Source: Felis catus
Lineage: Eukaryota
Reading direction: 5' to 3'
Assembly: GCF_018350175.1 (NCBI RefSeq)
Contig: NC_058368.1
Span: forward strand, 198,216,001 to 198,280,000
DNA: 64,000 bases
The notes beneath the pieces were generated by a model. It did not search any database and had not been told where the DNA came from. It saw only the letters and a program-made list of their open reading frames with translations. Numbering within the stretch: the first letter of the stretch is position 1; every line of letters begins with the position of its first letter. Shown here piece by piece: positions 61,631-64,000 of this stretch. Made by a program: the position numbers and the translations under genes.

Positions 61631-63049
61631 CCAGCAATCACTCTAATGAAGTATTCAGATCAGCTCTGCTTAGATCACTCCAACCATCTGCCCAACCATG
61701 ACAGACGATAATTCCCATGCATGAGACTTTCTCAAAGACCCCACCACACACCCTCCTTCTTAAACCGGCTTTCAAGCTCAGCCTCCTGAGTTACATAGCC
61801 GAAATTCAACTTGCGCTCAAACGTGCTTCATATAACACTTCTAAAATTTCGTTTCTTAGACCTTGCCGAATTGAAGATGGTTGCCTAAGCAGTAAATCTG
61901 AGAAACTAGGCATATATTACCTACATCATACTAGACTGCTCGTGATGTGGCAAATGGAATGAGAGAGTAAAATCAGGGTCTTTTTTTCATTTACTGTTGG
62001 TAATAATGACCCTGGCCTCAACTGTTCACTTACATATTCAGATATACAATAGAAAATAAAATATATATCCTGAATATTGCAATATTTTAGGTGGTAAATA
62101 TAAAACGTCACATCTTCCCTTGGCGGCAGTCATGGGAAATCATCCTGGGATGATCGCTGTGGGTTGTGAGATCTCTCCATTCTGTCTGCCAGCAGTCTTT
62201 CACATCTCTCTTCTTCTCCCCTGCTCACGATGTTCCATCTGCCAGGCAGCATCGGCTGGCCCAATGGACAACTATTTATCGGCTGTAGATCAAGGTGAAT
62301 TTGCATAACTGCAGGTTGTAACTTAATTCCTCATTAGCAAGACAAAATATGCTCTCTGGATGTTTCTAACATGTTTTTTTTTTAAGTTTTGCTTTTTTTA
62401 AAAAAAAGAGAGTCAACAAAAGATATTCTCAAAATTTATTGTGTATAATTATTCTTATGGACTTCTGATAAAAATTTCCATATACAGACCCATTTTGAAA
62501 GCTCAAAACACAGGAGGAGGAAACTATAAATTAAGTGTCCAAAATTCGCTCTTTCTCACAGAAAAAAAAATAAGTTTACTCTGCAGTCAATTTAAATGAC
62601 AGCCACCAGAGAGGCCAGAAGCTGGGCTTCTGGATTAGGGGCTGAGATATAAAATGACAACACCTGCATCAAGGCTCATCTATAAAGAACAAACAAACAA
62701 ACAAACAAACAAAAAACAGACATTCAAGTGTTGTGTCTCTGAGAAAGGCAAGCTTTGGGAAAGAAGGAAAAGGTGAAGTTCGCTGACCCCAGCTCTCTGG
62801 AGGGATGGTGGTCAGAGAATTGAATATATCCTCTGCTCATGTTCCTTTCAAAGGCAGAAATTGCCAGGAAATGCAGGAGAATCCTTTTCGCCTCTCTCCC
62901 TCTTATGTTAAATTTCTCATCTAAATCCACGTGGAAACAGAAAAGGTGCAGCGCATTTCAGAATTGAGCAGGATTGGATCCTGCTTTCTGAATTTGGAGT
63001 GAAAGGGCTCAATTATGTGAATCTTGGTCAGTTTTTTAAGTACTAGATT

Positions 63050-63440
63050 TTTTTTTTTACAGTTGTAACATTTACATTGCAAAATAGGTACCCTTTTAAC
63101 CATTTTTAAGTGTGCATTTCAGTAGCTTAACACTGAACACTCAACTGTTGTATAACCATCACCATCATCCATCTCTAGAAATTTTTCATCTTCCCAAACG
63201 GAAGCTATACTCAGTATACAATTGCCCAAGTTCTGTTCCCAGCCCCTGGCAATGACCATTTTACTTTCTGCCTCTTTGAAGTTGCCTATTCTAAGTACCT
63301 CATGTAAGTAGAATCACACATATTTGTCATTTTGTGACTCGCTTATTTCACTTAGCATTTCCATGTTAAAGCGTAGGTCAGAATTTCTTCTTCTTGAAGG
63401 CTGAATAATATTCCATGGCATGTAGATTCCACATTTAGTG
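63050..63440 (-). mobile_element. L1MA/MB 3' UTR fragment
   Basis: ttttaaccatttttaagtgtgcatttcagtagc...accatcaccatcatccatctctagaaatttttcatcttcccaaac...aaggctgaataatattccat. Confidence 0.8.
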
Positions 63441-63524
63441 AGCTTTAGGGTGGATTATCTTCTCCAGTGATAATCCTCAGGACAGCCTTAGTGGTTTCTA
63501 TCATCTTCTCAATGTTAAACATTT

Positions 63525-64000
63525 GTTTATTTATTTATTTTCTTTTTTAAAATTTATTCTTAAGTTAGCTTGTATACAGTGTAGTCTTGGCTTCAGGAGC
63601 AGATCCCCGTGATTCATCACTTACATTCAACACCCAGTGCTCATCCCAACAAGTGCCCTCCTCAATGCCCATCACCCATTTTCCCCATCCTCCTAACCCC
63701 TCCATCCCCCTCAACCCCCAGTTTATTCTCTGCATTTGAGAGTCTCTTACAGGTTGCCTCCCTTTCTGTTTTTATCTTATTTTTCCTTCCCTTCCCTTGT
63801 GGTCATCTGTTAAGTTTCTCAAATTCTACACATGGGTGAAATCATATGATATCTGTCTCCCTCTGGCTGACTTATTTTGCTTAGCATAATACCCTCCAGT
63901 TCCATCCACGTTGTTTCAAATGGCAAGATTTCATTTTTTTTCATTGTTGTGTAGTATTCCATTGTATATATATATATACCACATCTTCCTTATCCATTCA
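63525..64000 (-). mobile_element. Carnivore L1 3' end, continuing beyond the window
   Basis: T tail, then caacacccagtgctcatcccaacaagtgccctcctcaatgcccatcaccc...ttagcataataccctccagttccatccacgttg. Confidence 0.88.

Noticed and set aside
41200..64000. Exons of a neighbouring gene (for example ESM1, expected nearby from recalled synteny)
   Set aside because: I found no ORF or splice-bounded segment with recognisable protein similarity on either strand. Small or non-coding exons cannot be excluded by eye.

Overview
Mammalian genomic DNA, almost certainly a felid: about 19 tRNA-derived Can-SINEs of the SINEC_Fc type, plus carnivore L1 3' ends. The first 39 kb hold the last six coding exons (+ strand) of an apparently intact CSPG4/NG2 paralogue, most likely CSPG4B. 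The exons are 25-201, 8028-8226, 11873-12004, 21987-22159, 36022-36205 and 37094-39141. All introns are GT-AG and phase-compatible, giving 970 aa with no stop or frameshift: cadherin-like CSPG repeats, a S/T/P-rich stalk, one TM helix, and a 105-aa tail ending in the NG2-type PDZ ligand QYWV. The 5' part of the gene lies upstream of the window. The rest is intronic or intergenic sequence rich in SINE, L1, L2, MIR, MaLR/ERVL LTR and hAT (MER) relics. I see no prokaryotic-type system, CRISPR array or RNA gene, and no convincing wholly new biological system. The most notable items are the intact, little-studied CSPG4 paralogue with a rewired cytoplasmic tail (candidate calcineurin PxIxIT-like motif), recurrent same-site retrotransposon insertions, and a few candidate regulatory motif clusters. 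Repeat subfamily names come from recall of consensus sequences; no database search was run.
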